Below are positions 30,551 to 38,811 of a DNA stretch of 64,000 bases, one piece after another. Position numbers and translations under genes: made by a program. The first letter of the stretch is position 1. Each line of letters begins with the position of its first letter. The DNA is taken from NCBI GenBank assembly GCA_963663385.2, contig CAXXXD010000003.1:704001-768000 (forward strand), given 5' to 3'. A model generated the notes under the pieces. The model was given only the letters and a program-made list of their open reading frames with translations. It was not told the DNA's origin and made no database searches. The stretch is from Oceanispirochaeta sp. (GTDB lineage: Bacteria; Spirochaetota; Spirochaetia; DSM-2461).

Positions 30551-30624
30551 CTGTAGAAAAAGGTAAGCGGTAATTCTCTCCATCTTGCGTGATTTCGAAA
30601 TGATTATATACTCCATGAAAAATC

Positions 30625-30921
30625 ATGGAGGAACCTAATATGACCAACTGGAATTGGCCTGAATTAATCGAAGAACAAAAACAGAGCGGGAAAACAATTT
30701 CTGAGTTCTGCGCAGATAAAGGAGTTCACTATACATCTTTCTACAAGAATCGAAAAAAATTAAAGAAAAGCAGTTTTATTGAAATCAAACAGAAAGCCCC
30801 GGTATTACAGCCACAAAACCCCACAATGATACTCAGATACAAGGATTTCTCATTGGATCTGGCATCAGGTTATAACAGGCAATCCCTGATAGATCTTCTG
30901 AAGATTCTGAGAGAGTTGTAA
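30625..30921 (+). CDS. tnpA: IS66 TnpA accessory protein
   Basis: HTH QSGKTISEFC; first ORF of IS66. Confidence 0.85.
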   Translation: MEEPNMTNWNWPELIEEQKQSGKTISEFCADKGVHYTSFYKNRKKLKKSSFIEIKQKAPVLQPQNPTMILRYKDFSLDLASGYNRQSLIDLLKILREL

Positions 30922-31265
30922 TGTTTGTTGACCTGAACGAATACCGGATCTTTCTGAGACCCGGCACGACAGACTTAAGAAAAGCGATCAACGGATTATC
31001 TCTGTTTATCCAGAATGAAATGAATCATGATTTATTCGCCAAATCGCTATTCCTCTTTTGTAACCGGCAGAGAAAACTTCTGAAAATTGTCTACTGGGAT
31101 AATACCGGTTTTTGTCTCTGGCAGAAGAGACTGGAAGAGAACAGATATCCCTGGCCGGAAACAGATGAAGATGCTAAAGAGATCAGCATGGATGAATTGA
31201 AAATGCTCCTGACGGGAATAGACTTTTTCAAAGCGCATAAAAAATTATCATATTCCCGTATTTAG
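30921..31265 (+). CDS. tnpB: IS66 TnpB accessory protein
   Basis: TDLRKAINGL, LFLFCNR, KIVYWD.TGFCLWQKRLE. Confidence 0.92.
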   Translation: MFVDLNEYRIFLRPGTTDLRKAINGLSLFIQNEMNHDLFAKSLFLFCNRQRKLLKIVYWDNTGFCLWQKRLEENRYPWPETDEDAKEISMDELKMLLTGIDFFKAHKKLSYSRI

Positions 31266-31304
31266 AGATTTTATAATTATAGAAACTTTGATAGAATTCC
31301 CCGT

Positions 31305-32867
31305 ATGGAGAATGAAGAACAGCATTTAAGAGAACAACTTGATGCACAAAAAATAGAAATTGCTGAACTGAAAAGACTTAATGCCATTCTCCAGGAGCAA
31401 GTAGCAAAACTGAACCTCCTGCACTTTGGAACAAAATCAGAGAAGATAACTGCCGAAGATAAGAAACAAGCTTCTCTCTTCAATGAAGCGGAAGATAGTG
31501 CTTTTGCTCAGAATGATGAAGAGCAGGAGAAAAATGTTATTGAAACGGTTGAGGTCGGTTCCTACAAGAAAAATATTAAAAAATCCGGCCGGAAACCTCT
31601 GCCGGCAGATCTGCCGAGAGAGATCGTGGAATATGATATTCCGGATAAAGATAAGATCTGTGCCTGCGGAACAGAAAAGACCTGTATCGGTGAAGATGTT
31701 TCCGAGAGAGCAAAAATTATTCCGTCAAAAGTCGTTGTTATTCAGGAACGTAGAAAAAAGTACTCCTGCAAGAATTGTGAAGGGACGACTCTTGATGAAG
31801 CTGCTGTACAGACCGCAGAAGGAGCAAAGCATCTGGTCGCGGGCAGTATTGCCGATGAAAGCCTGCTCGCTTGGAGTATAAGCGAAAAGTTTGAGTTCGC
31901 TCTTCCTTTCTACAGGCAATCAAAACGGTTAAACCAGATAGGCATACCGATCCCCCGGGCGACATTGAGCAATCTTACGATAAAATCGGCAACGGCATGT
32001 AAGCCTCTATATGATTTGCTGAAAGAAAACATTAAATCCGGTTCCATTATTAATGCCGATGAGACGAGAGTTCAGGTTCTAAAGGAACCGAAACGAAAAG
32101 CTTCAGATAAATCATGGATGTGGGTCTTTCTCAGAGGAGATCCCGATAAAAAATGTGTCATATTTCAGTATGAGCAAGGCCGATCCCATGCAATTCCGTT
32201 GGATTTCTTGGAAAATTACTCTGGCTGGGTTCAAACTGATGATTTTGAGGCCTACCATACTGCCCGAAAAAAAGTTGATGGAGATATAAAGCATGTCTTA
32301 TGCTGGGCCCATGCCAGAAGAAAGTTCTTCCAATATTGGGAATCAACCAAGAAAAAAGATGCAGAAGCAAAGCAAATTCTCGACCTGATAAAGGATCTGT
32401 TTGAACTGGAATCATTACGGGATAATTATTCGCTAAAAGGGTTTCATAAACAGCGACAAAATAGAGCAGAACCGATACTAGATAAGTTACAGAAAAAACT
32501 GACGAAGCTTTATCCTCAAGTACCTCCTTCTTTAGAGTTCGGTAAGGCGATGAAGTATACATTGAGCAACTGGGAGCAGTTGGTTCTATATCTGAAAAAT
32601 CCTGTTTTGACTCCTTCGAACAATAGCGCTGAAAATGCAATCAGACCCTTCGTAATCGGGAGAAAAAACTGGCTTTTTGCCGGAAGCCCGAAAGGTGCTG
32701 AATCATCGGCAATTCTGTACAGTCTCGTTGAATCTGCGAAGATGAACAATCTTCCAGTTTATGCTTACTTGTACTTTATCTTCCGGGAATTGCCCTGCTG
32801 TGAAAAACAGAGTGATTATGAAAAATTACTTCCCTATAATTTAACTGCTGAAGATATTGCAATCTGA
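31305..32867 (+). CDS. tnpC: IS66 TnpC DDE transposase
   Basis: FGTKSEK, ADET, CWAHARRKF, NNSAENAIR, GRKNWLF. Confidence 0.95.
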   Translation: MENEEQHLREQLDAQKIEIAELKRLNAILQEQVAKLNLLHFGTKSEKITAEDKKQASLFNEAEDSAFAQNDEEQEKNVIETVEVGSYKKNIKKSGRKPLPADLPREIVEYDIPDKDKICACGTEKTCIGEDVSERAKIIPSKVVVIQERRKKYSCKNCEGTTLDEAAVQTAEGAKHLVAGSIADESLLAWSISEKFEFALPFYRQSKRLNQIGIPIPRATLSNLTIKSATACKPLYDLLKENIKSGSIINADETRVQVLKEPKRKASDKSWMWVFLRGDPDKKCVIFQYEQGRSHAIPLDFLENYSGWVQTDDFEAYHTARKKVDGDIKHVLCWAHARRKFFQYWESTKKKDAEAKQILDLIKDLFELESLRDNYSLKGFHKQRQNRAEPILDKLQKKLTKLYPQVPPSLEFGKAMKYTLSNWEQLVLYLKNPVLTPSNNSAENAIRPFVIGRKNWLFAGSPKGAESSAILYSLVESAKMNNLPVYAYLYFIFRELPCCEKQSDYEKLLPYNLTAEDIAI

Positions 32868-32985
32868 TCCATCAGTCCTAAAATGCTGTCAATGTGGGAA
32901 GAATTACCGCTTACAGAAAAAGTCACCTTTTCTACAGCTCTCAGCCAAAACATGGTAAAATTCTATAAAAGGGAGGTTTTCAATA

Positions 32986-34530
32986 ATGGCCAGATATAAA
33001 GAGTATTCTTATGCCCAAACAATGATGATCCCCGTAAGCTTTGAAAAACAGATTTTACCAGGAACATTCGAATATACATTATGCCATCTGATAGACAATC
33101 AAATTGACATTGATATGTCAGTTTTTGAAAACCACTACGAAAATGATGAAACCGGAGCTCCCGCCTACGACCCTGCCATCCTCTTAAAAATAGTCCTTTA
33201 CGCCTATTCAAAAGGAATAAACAGCAGCAGAAAAATTGAACAATTATGTCGGGAAAACATAGTCTGTATGGCACTGGCCGCCGATTCCAGACCCCACTTT
33301 ACAACAATCGCCGACTTTATCTCTTCTCGTCACAAAGAGTGCCAATCCCTCTTTACCATGATACTCTCTGTTTGTTACTCCCAGGGACTCATTGGAAAAA
33401 ACATGTTTGCCATAGACGGCTGTAAAATCTCCTCCAACTGCTCTAAGGAATGGAGCGGAACCAAAGCTGAACTATTTGCCAAAACAAAAAAAATAGAGAA
33501 ATCCGTAAACTACCTGATTGAGAAACACAAAAGCACGGATATTAAATGGGATGATAAGAATCAGCGGAAAAAAGAAAAGCAGGCCATCAAAAAGCTAAAG
33601 ACTAAAACAGATAAAATCTACAAATGGCTTGATACCCATTATGACCGTTTCGGGAGTCAGGATCAGCCCATTAAAAGCAATATAGTTGATAACGAAAGCG
33701 CTAAAATGTCCACCGGACATGGCGTTATACAGGGATATAATGGCATTGCTGCAGTAGACGACAAGCATCAATTAATTATATTTGCCGATACATACGGTGA
33801 TGTAAACGAATCAGGACACCTAACAGAGATACTTGAGGGGATTGATAAGAGCTGCAAAGAATCTCACATAGATGACCACATCTATAATAATGTCACCATA
33901 ACTGCTGATACAGGCTTTCATAATAAAAAGAACATGCAGATGATCTGCGAGAAGAAGATAGATGCCTATATCCCGGACAATCAGTTCAGAAAAAGGCACG
34001 TAGCCTTTCAGGATGCCGGCAGATACAAAAAGAAAGTCGCCAACTGGAAACCGGAAAAAGGAAAACACTATTTTAGTCCGGAAGACTTTTATATGGATAC
34101 GGCAACCAACCAGCTTATCTGCCCTGCCGGTCATGCCATGTGGCTGAAATCCCCCAACTTCAGAAGCAATGACGGTCGGTATACCGGAAAGTCCTATCAA
34201 GGGCATATACGCAATTGTCGTGACTGTAAACTTCGTTCAAAATGTATAAGAAAGGAAACGACAAAGGCCCGTCAGGTTGCCATACTGAAGGAAGTGCCGG
34301 ATGGAAAAGGGAGCAATCCCATGGCCGGTATGAAGGAGAAAATTGATACGCCCTATGGACGATCAGTTTATGCAAAACGGATGAGTACGGTAGAACCTGT
34401 ATTCGGACATATTGCCGGAATGAAAAAGCTGAATCGCTTTACTTTACGGGGTACGGAAAAGGTCCGGACACAGTGGTTGTTGTACTGTATGGTGCATAAT
34501 ATCGGGAAAATCCAGCAGTATAGTGCGTAG
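32986..34530 (+). CDS. IS1182-family transposase
   Basis: GAPAYDP, SSRKIE, PHFTTIADF, AIDG, QGYN, ADTGF, VEPVFGHI. Confidence 0.92.
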   Translation: MARYKEYSYAQTMMIPVSFEKQILPGTFEYTLCHLIDNQIDIDMSVFENHYENDETGAPAYDPAILLKIVLYAYSKGINSSRKIEQLCRENIVCMALAADSRPHFTTIADFISSRHKECQSLFTMILSVCYSQGLIGKNMFAIDGCKISSNCSKEWSGTKAELFAKTKKIEKSVNYLIEKHKSTDIKWDDKNQRKKEKQAIKKLKTKTDKIYKWLDTHYDRFGSQDQPIKSNIVDNESAKMSTGHGVIQGYNGIAAVDDKHQLIIFADTYGDVNESGHLTEILEGIDKSCKESHIDDHIYNNVTITADTGFHNKKNMQMICEKKIDAYIPDNQFRKRHVAFQDAGRYKKKVANWKPEKGKHYFSPEDFYMDTATNQLICPAGHAMWLKSPNFRSNDGRYTGKSYQGHIRNCRDCKLRSKCIRKETTKARQVAILKEVPDGKGSNPMAGMKEKIDTPYGRSVYAKRMSTVEPVFGHIAGMKKLNRFTLRGTEKVRTQWLLYCMVHNIGKIQQYSA

Positions 34531-34731
34531 GAATACGGAAAAGTGCTAAAGAATGGGTATAGCGTTGGATAAAACCAATTGTAGTTGAATATAGCCGGTT
34601 TTAATCGGATTTAATATTGAAATCAAAGAGATGAATGATTTTTCCAAATGAGTGCTTTCAGGGGAGCCTTGAAAATACCCAGTTTGAGTTTTTCTACAGT
34701 CTCGTTATACAACAAGAATCAAGGATCACAT

Positions 34732-36057
34732 ATGATATCTTCGGAATTCAAGAATAATTTTCTCAAAAGGATTACTAGAATTGATTCAATAAATGTTACA
34801 GCTACACAATGTATTGAAAAAGATCCTAATACGATAAATGGAACAGCAACTATCTTTTTTGAGAATGAAATTTTAAAAATAGTTTTTTATCCAACAAATG
34901 ATGAATTAGATTTTTTCTACCCTCCATATGAAATTGGAGCAATAATAAAAAAAGAATATTATTATAAAATTACTTTCAGCGACAAAAATGGAAAATTATG
35001 GGAAACAGATCGATTTCTGCCAAAAAGAACAATTTCTTTACCAAAAAATGAAGTTATTTGGAATTGTTCTATTAGATCGATAAAAACAATATTCTCAATG
35101 CAGGATGTGGGTGCTGCAAAAAAGTTAAATTATTTGACTATATCAGTTAAAAATAATTTAGAAATTCCAATTAATGACTACTATTGTCAAAAATGTTTAA
35201 CCGATAATTTTACATTTACAGATAATAATGTTGGAATTTGGCATATAAGGGAAGAAAATGAAAATTTCAAAATAATGAATTTAAATGGAAGCACAATAAT
35301 TAAGTTCGAAACAAATGATTTATTTCCTCAAAAGACAATAGCATCTTTACTTGGTACTATATCCTTTATGTGGGGAGAAAAAATTGAATATGAATATATT
35401 GAATATCTATATGATGATAAAAAAAGTATAGAATTATTTAATTCTCCAAATGCTGATAATAATAAGCTCAATACACCACTTGTAATGAAAACTCATGAGC
35501 ATAAAGATAATTATGACAAACTTTTTTATAAGTATTTCAAATTTATTGATAATGAAGCGAATAAGTTGATATATATACAAAATCAAATTATTGCTTCTAA
35601 TAAAACAATATTGGAAGTTTATTCATTAGTACTTTCAACTTGTATCGAAAATTTGATTAAAAATCGGTTTGATATGAAAGATAAAAAGACTATCACTGAA
35701 GTTGATTCAATAATAACATTAGTCAGAAAAAAGAATATTGAGGAAAAAATAAAAAATAGAATTTTAGGATCTTTAAATTCAATACGTAAATCACCCAAAA
35801 GAGCAAAAGACATTCTAAATGAATTATTGAACAACGGAGTCATTACAAAAGAGCAAAAAAAATCATGGGACAAACTTAGAAACTCTACAGCACATGGTTC
35901 ATATGATTTTGAGGTTTCAGATCTCTTAAAATTAACCAATGATGTATTAACACTTTATTATTTGATAATCTTTGAAATTATTGGATATAAGGGAGAATAT
36001 GTAAATTACTCAAAAAAGAATTTCCCTGTAGAATTAAATTATGCAAATGATGAATAA
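34732..36057 (+). CDS. ApeA-like HEPN domain protein (putative anti-phage RNase)
   Basis: C-terminal WDKLRNSTAHG (Rx4H); AAGGA RBS before ATG 34732 (the track start 34648 lies inside IS1182). Confidence 0.7.
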   Translation: MISSEFKNNFLKRITRIDSINVTATQCIEKDPNTINGTATIFFENEILKIVFYPTNDELDFFYPPYEIGAIIKKEYYYKITFSDKNGKLWETDRFLPKRTISLPKNEVIWNCSIRSIKTIFSMQDVGAAKKLNYLTISVKNNLEIPINDYYCQKCLTDNFTFTDNNVGIWHIREENENFKIMNLNGSTIIKFETNDLFPQKTIASLLGTISFMWGEKIEYEYIEYLYDDKKSIELFNSPNADNNKLNTPLVMKTHEHKDNYDKLFYKYFKFIDNEANKLIYIQNQIIASNKTILEVYSLVLSTCIENLIKNRFDMKDKKTITEVDSIITLVRKKNIEEKIKNRILGSLNSIRKSPKRAKDILNELLNNGVITKEQKKSWDKLRNSTAHGSYDFEVSDLLKLTNDVLTLYYLIIFEIIGYKGEYVNYSKKNFPVELNYANDE

Positions 36058-36063
36058 ATTGTT

Positions 36064-36160
36064 GTATAACAAAGCCTTGCAACTGTCATGGCAAACTGTC
36101 ACAGAAAATGCGTGGCATTTTCTGCGCCAATTCACCATGCAGCTGAAGGCGACGTTATAT
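36064..36160 (+). other. attC site (97 bp)
   Basis: GTATAAC-aaagc-CTTGCAAC ... GCTGAAG-gcgac-GTTATAT; GTTGTATAAC complements cassette start GTTATACAAC. Confidence 0.9.
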
Positions 36161-36396
36161 CGAACACATTTTGTACTTCTGGTTCTTTCATAATTGCCAG
36201 ATGATTTAGTAGGTTTTAGGGTTTTGATACGGGTTGATTGATGCTCACACTACACTGATTATCAATCTTTGATGTGAGCAACGGTGCTAGAGTTCCTACA
36301 TTCAGCGGCGAAAAAGTTCCGCTTTTACTGACATAAAAAGGGGCAAATATCCTAAAGTAGAGATTACCACACCTACTACAAAAGGAACCTGCCCCT

Positions 36397-37680
36397 ATGT
36401 GTCAAAAGGAAGATCGCATGCATGTAGCACGCATCATGGCCAACGAAGGCCATACTCAAAAGTATATCGCTGAGTATCTTGGTGTCAGCGACCGGATGGT
36501 AAGGAAATACCTGAATCCGGACTTCAGAACCCGTCCCAGGAAATCCCGGGAAAGCATCCTTAAACCATTCTACCCCATAATAGAAGATACCTTGGAAAAT
36601 GATCCATACTTCAACCTCGTTTATCTTCATGAGAGACTACAAAACTCCGGTTATTCTGGAAAAATGACAATCCTACGTGACTATGCCCGGAAGTACAGGA
36701 AGAAACTGATTGAGAAAGCAGTAATCCGCTTTGAAACAGAGCCGGGAAGACAGGCCCAAGTTGACTGGAAAGAATGCGGAAAAATGGAGATTGATGGCAA
36801 ACTTCAGAAAGTATATGCATTTGTCATGCTGCTGGGATATAGTAGGATCCCGTTTGTCCTTTTCTCCTTGGATATGACCTCGCCGACATTGCTCCAAGCC
36901 CATCTGATGGCATTCCGGTTCTTCGGTGCTGTTCCGAAGGAAATTCTTTACGACAACATGAGAACAGCCTGGTACAACAACGGCGGTGTCTGGCACGTGA
37001 ACTCAAAGCTCCTGGCCTTTGCTTCAGCCTGTGGTTTCACTCCTCTTCGCTGCCAAGTTCGTAGACCGCAAACTAAGGGAAAGGTAGAGCGTTTTATCGG
37101 TTACCTGGGCCACAACTTCTTGATCCGTGAAGAAGCAATGAAGAGCCGCTCAATAAACGATTTAAACCTGACTGTCTCCAAATGGATCAAAACAGTAGTG
37201 GAACAGCAGATGAGCCAATTTAAACAGACTCGAAAAGAGAGATTTGAGTACGAAAGGCAGTTTATGAACCCTTGGAACCCTGAGGCAGCTCCAGATGTAA
37301 GGCTGGTTAAAGAACTGCTTGTCTCCAGAGAAGGGTTTATTCGTTTTGAATCAAACAAGTACAGCATTCCCGCGGACTTCATAGGACAAGTTGCGACACT
37401 GAAAGTAGATACGCTGGCAAGAACTGCCGCTATCTTCATTGATGGGGCCCCTGTTAGAACCTTCAAGCTTCTGACAAAAGGTGCGAAATTAGAATCTATC
37501 CGAAAGATTGATACCGACTCACTGGTTAAACGCTGGAAGAAAGAGAATCGCATGACAAAAAGGAATGTCGTTGCCAGTGTCCCGGAAATAAAGAATACTC
37601 CCAGGTCATCATTGATGCATACAGAGGTTGATACACGCCATCCTGAAAGCTACGACAAGCTTATGGGGGTAACAGCATGA
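36397..37680 (+). CDS. istA: IS21 transposase IstA
   Basis: RFETEPGRQAQVDW, ILYDNM, PQTKGKVER. Confidence 0.95.
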   Translation: MCQKEDRMHVARIMANEGHTQKYIAEYLGVSDRMVRKYLNPDFRTRPRKSRESILKPFYPIIEDTLENDPYFNLVYLHERLQNSGYSGKMTILRDYARKYRKKLIEKAVIRFETEPGRQAQVDWKECGKMEIDGKLQKVYAFVMLLGYSRIPFVLFSLDMTSPTLLQAHLMAFRFFGAVPKEILYDNMRTAWYNNGGVWHVNSKLLAFASACGFTPLRCQVRRPQTKGKVERFIGYLGHNFLIREEAMKSRSINDLNLTVSKWIKTVVEQQMSQFKQTRKERFEYERQFMNPWNPEAAPDVRLVKELLVSREGFIRFESNKYSIPADFIGQVATLKVDTLARTAAIFIDGAPVRTFKLLTKGAKLESIRKIDTDSLVKRWKKENRMTKRNVVASVPEIKNTPRSSLMHTEVDTRHPESYDKLMGVTA

Positions 37681-38441
37681 ATGTACTGCAGGAGACCATA
37701 GAGATCAGGATGAACGACTTAGGGCTGGAGTTTATGGCGGCGGGGTTGGAGAGCTTCCTTGAAGCTCAATCTCACACAGAAAACACTCTCTCTCAGTCAA
37801 TTGCAGACCTATTGGAACTGGAGTACGTTCCCCGTAAGGAGAGAGCTGCAAAAAGCCGTCTGAAGCTCTCTGGAATGCCATCGATCAAGCTATTAGAGGA
37901 CTTCGACCTATCCTGGTTGAAGGGAGGATTGACCGCTGCTCAACTGGCAGAGTTTTCTAGTCTGGCTTTCATTGAAAGAAAGGAAAATCTAGTACTGATG
38001 GGGCCAAGTGGATTGGGTAAAACCCATTTGATGCTAGCTCTGGCTCATAAAGCCTGTCAGAATGGTTATACTGTATGGTATACAAGCTGCATCGATCTGA
38101 TGGAGAATCTGACCCATGCCCGGGAGCAGGGGCGGTTGAAGCGACGGCTTACCTGGCTTAGAAAGCCTCATCTCATCCTTATCGATGAAGTTGGCTACGA
38201 GAACCTGACGAAAGAACAGGCCAACTTGTTTTTTCAGATTGTAAACACCCGCTATGAACAAGGCAGTATGATCATCACCACAAACAAGTCTTTCGGTCGT
38301 TGGGCTGAGATTCTGGATGATGAAGCCATTGCGACAGCGACTATAGACAGGCTCCTTCACCATGCACATGTCCTGAGTCTTAAAGGGGATTCATACCGGA
38401 TGAAAGACCGGTTGAAAATAGGGATCGTTGATCCTGTTTAA
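37677..38441 (+). CDS. istB: IS21 helper ATPase IstB
   Basis: GPSGLGKT, LIDEVGY, ITTN, IDRLLHH, GDSYR. Confidence 0.95.
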   Translation: MNVLQETIEIRMNDLGLEFMAAGLESFLEAQSHTENTLSQSIADLLELEYVPRKERAAKSRLKLSGMPSIKLLEDFDLSWLKGGLTAAQLAEFSSLAFIERKENLVLMGPSGLGKTHLMLALAHKACQNGYTVWYTSCIDLMENLTHAREQGRLKRRLTWLRKPHLILIDEVGYENLTKEQANLFFQIVNTRYEQGSMIITTNKSFGRWAEILDDEAIATATIDRLLHHAHVLSLKGDSYRMKDRLKIGIVDPV

Positions 38442-38617
38442 TTTTACCCAGAAGCGGAACTTTTAAACCGTTGAAATGAGGAACTTTTTCACCGCTGTTG
38501 ACAATCTTTGACGCCGGTTGCGGCTGGCAGAAGTGGAAATAAGGGCATTCGCCTTCACCTACGTTTATTAAGATATTCTTGCCTGATATGGCATCGGTGA
38601 TTTACAAAATGCTGTAG

Positions 38618-38792
38618 ACATAACAAGAAAATGATACTGTCGTCGCTACAGATCACATTTCTTGCAGAGATACAGTATGCTGATAAATAGTTCTTTCTTA
38701 AAAACAAATTACTGTTTAAAATAAGTCTGCAAGAAAAGCGCCTGTACCTGTCCTTCGGCCAGGCCGCTCCGCAGCATATTTTGGCGTTATAC
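38618..38792 (+). other. attC site, long family (175 bp)
   Basis: Near-identical to 24137-24311; ends GTTATAC. Confidence 0.9.
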
Positions 38793-38811
38793 CGATACAG
38801 GGAGTTAAAAA

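Larger units (their letters stand above)
30563..32914 (+). mobile_element. IS66-family element, copy 1 (2352 bp)
   Basis: IR GTAAGCGGTAATTCT; 8-bp TSD AGAAAAAG; tnpA/tnpB/tnpC layout. Confidence 0.95.
30547..34703 (+). mobile_element. IS1182-family element carrying a nested IS66
   Basis: Perfect 15-bp terminal IR GAGACTGTAGAAAAA / TTTTTCTACAGTCTC; flanked by GTT on both sides (30544-46, 34704-06). Confidence 0.9.
36273..38503 (+). mobile_element. IS21-family element (2231 bp)
   Basis: TGT...ACA ends, imperfect IR TGTGAGCAACGGTG / revcomp TGTCAACAGCGGTG; 8-bp TSD ATCTTTGA. Confidence 0.93.
36155..38786 (+). repeat. ORF-less cassette, copy 4, interrupted by IS21
   Basis: Body 36155-36272 and 38504-38617; long attC 38618-38792. 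Confidence 0.9.

Noticed and set aside
34648..34731. N-terminal extension of the HEPN ORF
   Set aside because: Starts inside the IS1182 right end; RBS supports ATG 34732
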